From: Callorhinchus milii | Taxonomy: Eukaryota | Direction of reading: 5' to 3' | Assembly (NCBI RefSeq): GCF_018977255.1 | Contig: NW_024704743.1 | Coordinates: 93,126,001-93,190,000, forward strand | Length of the DNA stretch: 64,000 nt | Shown here: one piece after another, positions 13,722-24,719 of the stretch | How positions within the stretch are numbered: position 1 is the stretch's first letter | Layout of the letters: every line of letters starts with the position of its first letter | Made by a program: the position numbers and the translations under genes | Notes under the pieces: generated by a model | Seen by the model: only the letters and a program-made list of their open reading frames with translations | Told to the model about the DNA's origin: nothing | The model's database searches: none

Positions 13722-15085
13722 ACTCCCTCCATGAGCCCCTCCAATCGGGTTTCCATGATGCCTACAGCACGGAAACTGCTCTGATCAAGGTCACAAATGA
13801 CATCCTGACCATGTGTGACCAGGGCTCCTTCTACCTCCTCGTCCTCCTCGACCTCTCCGCCGCCTTTGATACTGTGGACCACTCAATCCTCCTCCACCGC
13901 CTCTCCTCCCACCTCAACCTTCAATGTTCTGTCTTTGACTGGTTCAGGTCCTACCTTTCACACCGCCTCCACTTTGAGGCAGCAAACGGCTTCTCCTGCA
14001 GCCTACGCACCGTCTCGTGAGGCGTTCGTCAGGGCTCTGTCCTCGGTCCCCTCCTCTTTACCCTCTACATGTTCCCTCTTGGTGACATCATCCACAGACA
14101 TGGGGTAAATTTCCACATGTATGCGGATGACACCCAACAAATTCTCTCTGCCTCCACCCTCAACTCCAGGACTACTGGCGTCCTGACCGACTGCCTGTCC
14201 AACACCAAGTCCTCCAACCGAACGTCAGTAAGACCGAGGCCCTCCTGATTGGCTCGTGCCTGCACCTCCGCACCTCGGTCGCTGGCAGCATCAGCGTCCA
14301 CAGCTGCACACTCAACCTCACTAAGCCAGTCAGGAACCTGAGTGTCCTGTTTGACCCTGAACTGTCCTTTCTCCCCCACATCCGCACCATGACCGGCACT
14401 GCCTACCACCACCTCCGCAACATTGCCAGACTCCACCACTGCCTCACCCCTCAGTCTGCCGAAACCCTCACCCACGCTTTAGTCACATCAAGGCTCGATT
14501 ATGAAAACTCCCTCCTCATCGGCCTTCCCAACTCTTCCCTTCACAAGCTGCAGATCATCCAAAACTCTGCAGCTCGTGTACTCTCGCACACCAGGCTCCG
14601 TGACCCCATCACTCCCACCCTCGCCTGACTCCACTGGCTCCCCATCCCCCAGAGGATCGAATTCAAGATCCTCATCCTCACTTGCAAGACCATCCATGGC
14701 CTTGCCCCCACCTTCCTCTCTGACCTGCTGACTCCTTGCTAACTTGTCCGCTCCCTCCATTCAGTGGGCTCTGGCCTGCTCCATGTCTCCTCCCCAGCCG
14801 GCCCTACCATCGGTGGCCGGGCTTTCAGCCTCTCTGCCCCCACACTCTGAAACTCCATCCCACAGTGCCTTTACCTCACTTCCACCCTTGCCTCCTTCAA
14901 GGCCGGTCTCAAGACCCTCCACTTCGATCATGCCTTCGGTCGCCCTCCCACCTCTCTGCCTCCCCTCACCCTACACCACCCCTCCCCCATGTCGGGTCCT
15001 CACCCCTGACTGTCCAGCACCTTAGGACGTCCTGCCGACGTGAAAGGCGCTCCATAAATGTAATTTTGCTGTTGTTGTTGTTATT
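13722..15085 (+). mobile_element. L2 LINE, 5'-truncated, same family as 930-3031
   Basis: LDLSAAFDTVDH, MYADD at ~14116, in-frame stops, (TTG)n tail. Confidence 0.95.
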
Positions 15086-15349
15086 GTACTGCACCATCTA
15101 AAATTTAATACAATTCAATTTGTGTCAACTCAGGTACTGTGCTAGTAAGTGCCTTCACTCCTTTTTCTCCTGAGTGGAGCTCTGAAAATCAGATCACAGC
15201 AAGTAATAGAAGGAGCCGCAGATTGTTTCTCAAATTCGTTTTCACAGCAAATCCCATTTGATCCGTGAAATGTGTACTGTTAATACATTTTTTTAAAAAA
15301 GTAGAGTTTCACTGAATTTGCACATCATAATAATAGGCAAGCCAAAGTT

Positions 15350-15672
15350 TATAATCCTTGCATTTGATATAACGCTTTTCACATCTTCTAGATGTCTCAA
15401 AGCGCTTCACAGAATATGCTGTAAAGTGAATTGACTGTATATTTGTGAGTTGAAAGCGTTTCCAAATGAGAGTTTTATCAACAGGGAGGTGTGCTAACAA
15501 TCCTGTTGATACTTTGTATCAATCATGTTGATATTCATTGAATGGATCCGTTTAGCCCACAAAATACACAGTCAATACATTTTAGAATATATATCCTGTC
15601 AAGTGTTTTGAGATGTCTCAATGATATGATAAGGCGCTACATTAAATGCAAGCATTATTATTATTATTATTA
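15350..15672. mobile_element. Two SINE tail fragments in opposite orientation (15350-15450 minus; 15550-15672 plus)
   Basis: Both match the shared SINE tail. Confidence 0.75.
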
Positions 15673-16249
15673 TTGCAAAGCCTACACTGGTCCAAGGTGG
15701 TCTATGGCCATAGAAAGAATACAATTCAATTATAATACAATTTTATAGTGCCTTTCACATCGGGAAGCATTTAACACTGCTGGCTGGTCGCCCAAGCTGG
15801 GAATAAGAGCCGAAGAGTGTGGGGAAAGGAGAGGACAGGTGGGGAGAAGAGCAAGCATAGGTTAGTAAGTAAGAACACACTAAGTTAGTAAAGAGAAATG
15901 CACATATAAACAGTAGACAGAGACAAAATGCTAGAGTTTAAGTCTATATTGTCTTGTCCTGCATATTATTTAATTTAATTTCTTGCTGGTGAAGACCTAT
16001 GTACAGCGTACTGCAGCAAAGAGTGCGGTGATGCTGATTAGGCTGGACTTGTCTTAAGTCGCATCAGTAGAAACCACTATTGGTGAGATCTGCAAATTAT
16101 TTAAGATGTGCTCTAGTTATCATTCCTTAAATAGAAAAATATGGTGTGGTAATTTTAGCTAAACAGTACCTGAAATTCTATTACTATTGTGGGTGTCAGC
16201 CTGGGTCAGTTGGTAACTCAAGTTGGGTCTCAAAAAGTAAGTAGGTTTA

Positions 16250-16569
16250 TAATAATAATAATAATCCTTGCATTTGATATAGCGCTTTTCACGTCTTCTA
16301 GACGTCCCAAAGTGCTTCACAGAATATACTGTAAAGCGAATTGACTGTATATTTGTGGACGAACGCGGCAGCCAATTGCGCACAGCAATGTCCCACAAAA
16401 CAGTCATGGATTGAAAATGACCAATTTATTATTCTTTTGTTTTTTGGAGGGATTATTATTAGGCATGTGGAGTAAGGAAACTTCCCCAAGGTTTAGCCCT
16501 GCCTGGAATTGAACTCAGGTCTCTCACTTGCAAAGCGAGTGCTCTAACCACTGAGCTACAGGACTCCAC
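16250..16569 (-). mobile_element. tRNA-derived SINE, short form
   Basis: Full head and (TTA)n tail. Confidence 0.93.
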
Positions 16570-16584
16570 ATTGAGCTCTACGTT

Positions 16585-16885
16585 GAGACTTTGAGCTCAC
16601 TGTCTAGGCTGACACACCACTGCAGTGCAGGGGGAGCACTGCATTCTTGGAAGTGACATCCTTTGATTGAAACATTTAACCAAAGTCTGTCTGCCTGTTT
16701 AGATGGACATTAAAGATCCCATGACACTTCAGAAAGAAAAGGAGTTTCTCCCGGTGTCCTGGCCAACAATCCTCCAAATAAAATTGGTTGTTCACTTTAT
16801 GGTTATGGGCAAAATTAGCTGCTGAATTTGCTTATAAAATACAGTAAAATCCCAGGAAGCGTTTTGAAACATTTTGATAACATAA
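16585..16885 (+). mobile_element. Deu-domain SINE (SacSINE1/AmnSINE1-like)
   Basis: ctaggctgacac...gatggacattaaagatcccatg...ccggtgtcctggccaa resembles the Deu domain as I recall it. Confidence 0.75.
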
Positions 16886-17247
16886 TTGAAAAGAATATAT
16901 TTTGATCTTTCTGTGAAGTGATGTTTTGTGACACTTTGCTCTTCAATTTTAAATGCACCATAATGAAAGGGCAGAGTAATATATTTTATCAGAAGCAGGT
17001 TCCCAGAGACTATCAGTGGAATTGAAATTAATATTCATTATCGCATAAACATCTTGACCATTAGAATGATACAAAGTACTGAAAACTTTTAAGAACATCA
17101 GAAACCATGAAAAAATAAAGGCCATGCAGACCATCAAATCCTGTGCTTTCTCAACCAGACAAAAATTACCCAATCATGGATTACCCTTCTCCTACTTTAT
17201 ATTAATAATAATAATAATATTCCGAGGAAATACATTGTATAAATATA

Positions 17248-17592
17248 TAATAATAATCGTTGCATTTGATATAGTGTCTTCTTAGGTCTTCAAGACGTTT
17301 CAAAGAGCTTCACAGAATATACTGTAAAGTAAATTGACTGTATATTTGTGGGTGAATCGCATCAGCCAATTACACACAGTTGTTGATTGAATGACCAATT
17401 TATTATTATTTTTTTTTGAAGAAATTATTACCCCCGGCAATCAACTAACAACTGGGTTCCGACTTACTGCTAGGTAAACAGAGACGTGTGTGGAGTAAGG
17501 AAACTTACCTAAGGTTTCGCCCTGCCAGGAATCAAACCCAGGTCTTCTGCTTGCAAGGCGACTGCTCTAACCACTGAGCTACAGAACTCCAC
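17248..17592 (-). mobile_element. tRNA-derived SINE, long form
   Basis: Head, ctctgtttacctagcagtaag segment and tail. Confidence 0.9.
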
Positions 17593-17624
17593 CTGTATCA
17601 TTGTTGTCAACAAATATTGATGAC

Positions 17625-17965
17625 AACATCAACAGCTTGCATCTATATAGCGGCCCTCATGCAGGGTAGCATCCCAGAGCACTTAACAGTGGCAGAGCAC
17701 GGCACCGAGCCTGGGAGAGGGGGAGTTGACCATAGGCATGGTCGAAGAGGAAGTTCTTTAGGCGTGACCTGAAGATGGGTAAGGAAGGGGCAAGATGGAG
17801 AGATAGAGGAAGTGTATTCCAGAGTTTCGAGGCATAGTGGCTGAAAGAGCAGCCACCGATGGTGGAATGGAGGGCATAAGGGACATGCAGAAGGCCGGAG
17901 TCAATTGAGTGGAGGCACCAGGATAGTAGGTTGGGGGTTAAGCAGATAGGAGAGGTAGGGAGATT
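17625..17965 (-). mobile_element. L2 3' fragment (second tail type; relatives at 28323-28770 and 42245-42620)
   Basis: Mutual similarity among these copies and to L2 ORF2 C-terminal motifs. Confidence 0.8.
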
Positions 17966-19619
17966 GATCTTCTAAACGGATTAAACTGCTAACTGTTAAC
18001 ATTGCCAGTGCCAACAGTCCCATTTGAGCAATGCAATCACAATCTCACATTTTAATTGCAAAATTCAGGGTGAGAGAAAAAATTAACTTAAAGAACAGAT
18101 TGAGTTAGCTGATTGCAGCTGGCCACTAAAATTGGTCTTAGAACCCCTGGGTTGGAATAAAAAAACATAGCAGCACTGCCATACCTTCAGGTTTCCAGCA
18201 ACTAGGAGAGGTGACAGCATTATACTTTGCAGAGCCTGCAAAGCAATTCCACCAAGGCATAGAAGCATGGAATTCGAGGATCAGACAGGATTCAGTGATA
18301 AGTATCTTCAATAATTCAAACTGAAGCCAGCTTGTTTGGTTCTCGCCAATATCTTATCATCTCTGATTCCATCGCTCAGACTGAATCAGGCAGAGTTGGT
18401 GCTTGCTCCACCACAAAACTATGCTTTCTAATCACAATTCCCTGCTCTTTCCCATATCCTCCAATACCCTTCCTCTGTATGGCTTGTCTAATTCTCTTTT
18501 GATGCCCATATCAACTATGCTTTAACAACCACCCCTTGCAAGTCATTCTATACTCTGGCAAGCATCTGTGAGAAGACATTCTTCAAAACTTCTCCTTTTA
18601 CTCCCAAGTCACAAGCTTGATTCTCTCTTTTCCCTGCTCGATGATTTTGTCATATTGTTAACCACTTCAAGATGGTCATCCAGTATGAATGATATCCAAG
18701 CGCTGGTTATTCAGAATGAAGTACAGAATGAAAATAGTCTTGTGAAAAATGTCTTGGGAGGCGGAGTATTACTCTAAGTAACAAAATAATGCACTAGACA
18801 GAAAAATGAATTTGTGCCTGTTCAATTATTCCTTCCCAATGTTGAAATACATACAATTATTAGGTATATAGCCAATCTAAACTTGGAATGTCAGGTCATC
18901 CATAATTTCTTCACATTTCTGCCATTCCGCCAAAAACTGCACTTTCAAAAGACTGTAAACTCCCTATATGTTATCACTCCAAGTGAAAAGAACTCAGTGA
19001 CTATATCTGGGATGGCTAAAAAGGTCCTCCAGGGTCACTAGGGGGTGCTGTGGCTGGGAGGACCTACTCCAAAACATCACTGTACAGAGGGAGCAGCTGT
19101 TAATGTGACAGAGTGGCCCTGGCCCCAACAACTATCAGTTTATTTGTCAAAACTCATTTAAGTTAAATACAGTATAAGTTTATGTATCTGTACATGTGTC
19201 TATCAAAAAAAACTTTGTTCATGTTGCTAGTTTTAACCACCTGAATTACTCTATAACAATCAGGCAGATCCTCACAGAAGACAAGATCTAACATTTCTAC
19301 TTACTCAAAATCTTGCCACAAAGGTCAAAATAGCCTATTACACGGCTGGCTAAGGACAAGAGCAACCTTTTCCTAGGGTACGTGGTCCCTCATCGTGAGA
19401 GGTCACTGAGCAGCCCCGGCACACGGTGAGGCTTACTGAGAGGTACAGATAAGTTTGTTCTGATGATATATTTCATAGTTTACTTACTGGGATGTATAGA
19501 ATTTTACTTTATGCATTATAAGCGAGTGATTAAATAAAGGGAAGGAGCCCCTTATTCAAATTTGATATGGGAAGTGTCCAGGTTATTGACAGCACGGTGG
19601 TACAATACATGGCAATACA

Positions 19620-19865
19620 AAATTACATTTGTGTAGCACCTTTCATGCCGGGAGGATGTCCCAAAGTGTTGGACAGTCAGGGATTTGAACTCGAGCAGGG
19701 GGCGTTGGGATCAGGGAGGGTGGAGGGCAGGGAGGGTAGGAGGGTGGCCGATAGCATGGTCGAAGAGGAGGGGCTTGAAACATGCCTTGAAGGAAGCAAG
19801 GGAGGGAGCGAAGCAAAGGGACTGTGGAATGGAGTTCCAAAGGGTGGGGGCAGAGAGGCTATAAA
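19620..19865 (-). mobile_element. L2 3' fragment (another at ~20505-20770)
   Basis: Homologous to 950-1200. Confidence 0.85.
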
Positions 19866-21099
19866 AGCATCACATGATATAAGCCATGTGATGATATAAG
19901 ACAGGGTCTTCTAATCAGCAGTTCACTGTAGCATGAAAAATAATCCAGCAAGTTTAGGACAGCATTTAATGCATTTCATAAATGCTTCCTAGTACAGATA
20001 CTTATAGCTGTAAAACAATAATGTTTGCGAGGTTGCTGAGTATTTGTAATGAAACTCTGCACTGCACTATTATAACATCACATAACGTAGAAGGAATACC
20101 TTTGGAAAATGCGGTTGAGAAGATCTATTTGTATTGTCATGATGTGATTCCAGAATGCAAAAAAAAACACACAATATGTGATATTTCTAATGAGATTCCG
20201 TTTGCACAAATGGGAACTCCTGCCAATAAATATTGATAGTTAATTACAACTTGCAGAAACTCTATTCAATATAATCTACTTTTGATGTACAGATCAGCAT
20301 TCCAATGGGATGTATTCCTTTAGTTCAAATTCCTTTGACATTCCAGTGGGTCGAAGGGAATTCTGATATTATTGCAAAATCCATTAAAAAATACCACAAA
20401 TATCTAATTTAGTAGATAATTCCAGAAGCTGTATAAGAAACACATCGCAAGTACAACTGTTCCATGAAATGGGAAGTAAAATCATCGTGGCAAAGAAAGA
20501 GTTAAACAACAATAATTAAGTGCATTTAAATAGCACCTTTCACATAGGGAGGACATTAAGAGTTTGCACCCAAGCTTGGGGGTAGATTTTGGAAGAGTGG
20601 GGGTGGAGGGGGAGGAAATAGCTGAAGGCATGGTCAAAGAGAAAGACCTTGAGACCGACCTTGAAAGAAGCGAGGAAAAGGGTGAGGCAAATGGACTCTT
20701 GGCTAGAGTTCAAGAGAGTCCGGGCAGATAAGCAGAAAGCCTGAACGCTGTTGGTGAGAACAGAAGGACAGAACCAGCTGATTCCTAATTTTTATTCCAA
20801 ACAATATTACAACATCTTCATATGATTTGAAAACAAATATAAACCGTAATTATAAGGAAATTAAAATACATTATATTTATTGTGCAATTTTCAATTGAAT
20901 TTTAAAATACAGAATAGCAATGGAACAGACATAATAAATTGAAGGCCATCCTTTGGGCTGAGATTTTCTATGAATATTAACAAGATATTATCTACTATCT
21001 AATATTAACAAGATATTATCTCAAGATATTATCTTGTTAATGTTGAATATACAGTAGTATATGTACATTCATGCCCATTTGCTTTGGACTCACAAACAA

Positions 21100-21720
21100 A
21101 CAAGTGAAAGCAGTTTATTAATTTTCACCTCATCAAATGCTTTTATAATTTGAACTGACTCTTTCTAGCCACCCTCAATAAGCTCATGTGCAGAGAGAAA
21201 ATCTCCAACCTATCCAATATTTCTTGATAATTATACGTACTTGATAGCTATACCCTGGTAACATCCTGGTAAATCTGCATTACATTATTTCCAATACTCT
21301 AGCATCTTTCCTGGAATATGATGACCAAAAGTGTATACAGCACTCCAAATGTGGTCTAACCAAAGCTGAATATAAATTTAACATTATTTCTCTACTTTGA
21401 TACTTTATTCCTCTGGACGTAAAGCCAATGCATTCTGCATTCTTTATGGCCCTGAGAACCAATGCTGCTACTTTTAGAATCCTGTGAATCTGATATCCCT
21501 AGACCTCTTTGTTCTTCTATCCCTCTTTGGGTTCATCCATCCAGGATGCAGTCAGCTTCTTTATTCCTCCTATCAAAGTGAATCACTCAATATTAAACTT
21601 CATCTGCCATTTATCCACCCATTCTATCAGCCTGTTTATATATTTTACAATGTGCTTCATTATTTACTATAGCCCCAGTTTGGTATCATCTGCAAATTTT
21701 CAGCATACAGAATGCCATAT
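21100..21720 (-). mobile_element. CR1 LINE fragment
   Basis: Encodes LYSALVRPHLECCIHFWS, with a KFADDT-like motif at ~21680-21700. Confidence 0.85.
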
Positions 21721-22357
21721 CTTACTTCTTGCCCGTCTGAGAAGCTGCCTTTTACTCTTACTCTAATTGATTTCCTAGACAGTCGAAGAGAATGATTAAG
21801 AAGAGTATGTGAATGACTAGCTGGATATAGAGAAGACAACTGATACCACACATTCCACAAAACGCCCTTTAAAATAATAGGTTTCAAGAATGGAGAACAT
21901 TTTAATATGTTGTGAGAAGATTTTGAGTTTAGATACAGGGAACATCATGGTAAAGCCCTTCAATAGAATGCTGTATTGCTTACTGAATAGGTCAACCTTA
22001 GAGCTGTGCTAAACAGAATTGTCCATGTCCAGTGCAGTTTATCAGATTTACTCAGCACCAGCTGCTTTTTATTTCTCACAAAATTGACCAGCATTGCAAT
22101 GTTGCTGTCCTTAAAGAGATGAGCATGACCAAAGTGCACTTGGACCTCAAGAACATCAAGGTGGCTGGCACATCACAAGCTGTAAAGGTCCTCTCACCAT
22201 GCTGAAGACAGACATCCATCAGATAGCTGATGAAAAAACTCTGAGGGTTGGTTCATACATCCAGCACTTGCACTTCATGATGATTGGTTTGCAGAGAGGT
22301 AAACAACTGCTGCTCAACCTCCGCAGCTCCAACTAGTGGAACCAGCGCTCAATGGAA

Positions 22358-22657
22358 ATAATTCTTGCATTTGGTATAGCACTTTTCACGTCTTCTAAAC
22401 TTCTCAAAGCGCCTCACAGAATATGCTGTAAAGTGAAGTGACTGTGGGCGAAACGCGGCAGGCAATTGCGCACAGCAGTGTCCCACAAAGAGTCGTGGAT
22501 TGAAAATGACCAATTTATTATTGTTTTTGTTTTTGGAGGGATTATTATGAGGCGTGTGGAGTAAAAAAACTTGCCCAAGGTTTCACCCTGCCTGGAATTG
22601 AACCCATCTGTCTCGCTTGCAAGGCGAGTGCTCTAACCACTGAGCTACAGGACTCCA
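22358..22657 (-). mobile_element. tRNA-derived SINE, short form
   Basis: Full head and tail. Confidence 0.92.
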
Positions 22658-24635
22658 AGGGATGTATGCCTGAGCTACAGGCAGAAAGATGATGACAATG
22701 TTCTCACGCATTTTAAGCAAAGCAATGTTGGCCACTAGGAGGTTCACAGGGAATTCCTGGTTCTTGCCATTCACCTCATGAGGTTCAAACTAGCACTTCT
22801 CGGATGTCAAATGACCAACTAGTGACTATCCTTCTTGGGGGCAATGTAAGCAGAGTTTCTTGGAGCTGAACTGGTAACATGTTTAAAACACAATATCAGA
22901 ATCGAGCAAACCCTCCGTGGCGGTGCTACAAGCTGGTGTGAAAGTTATTCATGCATGTAATTGCTTAAGTCCTTTATGTTATAGTTCTCTACTTGTAGTC
23001 AAAATGGATTGTTTAATTGCTAATGCACAGGACATGTTAGGAGCAATGTATCAAATCAAATAGAAATCTTTATGCATGCTCTCCTAAGCAGTTCTGCTTC
23101 AAACATGAGTATGTGCTACTTGCATATTTAGTGATTTATTTATCATTGTTATTAAGCACATGCTGAATGTTTATTGCATTCAAATGTGTTGCTGATGACT
23201 TTAACTTACCACAATGGACGGAGTAAAAATGTAACGTTTGGAAGGAGTCGATTGCAATTAAGTGCAATCGAAAGGCTAAGTTGGTACATTAGGATATGAT
23301 GTAATCATACAAGTCACCCTTATAGATGTAAGATTAAAGCGCCCGGTTTTGCTAATTTGACCGGGCTTGACAAAATGTCTCAGGGACACATGTTAGCTGA
23401 TGTGGTTACAATTATAGGAACACAAAATATTGTGTTTGGTGAAGTTGATCGTTAAACAAGTCTGGAAATAATTCAATATTACAACTTATTAATAATAATA
23501 ATGTGGTCACTCAATCCACGACTGTATGTGGGACACTGAAGACACAATTGCTTGCCGTGTTTTGCCCACAAAACACACAGTCACTACACTTTACAGTATA
23601 TTCTGTGATAAGGCACTATTTCAAATGTAAGAATTAGTATTGTATATGATCACACAATAAATATTTGTTCACTTTTTGATAACTTTATTTGTTTTCTTCA
23701 TTGAGACATTTTTTTGGGGGGGAAGGGGAGATATTCTTTTGTTCTTTAGTGCACGTACATTATGACGTTCAGTACACAGGATGACAGTGACACTGAGTAA
23801 AGGAGAAAACAGCCAGTGTCTTGCTTCATTTCCTTGTCTGAGCGTTCCCGTGATATCATAAAAGAAGCAAGGAAAGAGTAGCTCGATGGTTCAGTGAGTA
23901 AGGCAGTGTCAGTTGCTGCTATCTTCTAGCTGCTAAGGCTTAATATGCAGTTGAGATGCCTTGAAAACTCATGCTCTGATCAACACTGAGACTACTGTAT
24001 TCCTCATCACACTTAAATTAAAGTACAACAAGACCGAAATTTGTAACCACAAACATTCTGTGTTACAAAAGTTCCATTATAGGCCAAATGCTATTTATGT
24101 TTCCCTACTGGAATGTTGGACCCTGCAGACAAAACTGTCTGAAGCTTTGGTAGAAGCCTTCATATCGGAAGTTCATAGTGACTTTCATATCGGAAGTACA
24201 TTCCAAAGCACTTGACATTCCTTGCTTGGTACCTGAGCTGGGGGTGAGAGCAGAGTGGGTTGAGGAGGGGAAAGGTGATCGAAAGTGTGGTCAAATAGGT
24301 ATGTCAATGGAGGTACTCTATTCAAATTTACCTTCAGGATGAGGTTTTATCAGCCACAATAAACATTGGAAGATGCCCTGACATTCGCCTCACGATAGCC
24401 TTTAGCTGAGTCTGAAGATCAGAACAGTTATGTGCCAGTGAGGTAATGAGAGCACTCATGGAACACAAGTATGTGCATCATATTGACCTGAGATTTGGAA
24501 TGCAATACAGCTGAGCACACGATACTCAGAATTAATCTCACAGATACAGACACCCCCTTTTGATGTGAAGTGAAGCCATATTATTATCAATATATAATAA
24601 ATGTATCTATTGTTTGTCATATGGAACTAAATTGT

Positions 24636-24715
24636 GTGGAGTCCTGTAGCTCAGTAGTTGGAGCATTCGCCTCACAAGCAAGAGACTTGGGTTTGATTCC
24701 CGGCAGGGCGAAATA
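24636..24715 (+). mobile_element. SINE tRNA head (tail at ~26681-26760; interrupted by L2)
   Basis: gtggagtcctgtagctcagtagttggagc...gtttgattcccggcagggcgaaa. Confidence 0.85.
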
Positions 24716-24719
24716 ATCT

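Noticed and set aside
23192..23275. CTGATGA ... GAAA resembling a hammerhead ribozyme core
   Set aside because: The stem before GAAA is not adjacent to CUGAUGA, and I could not build stems I and III.
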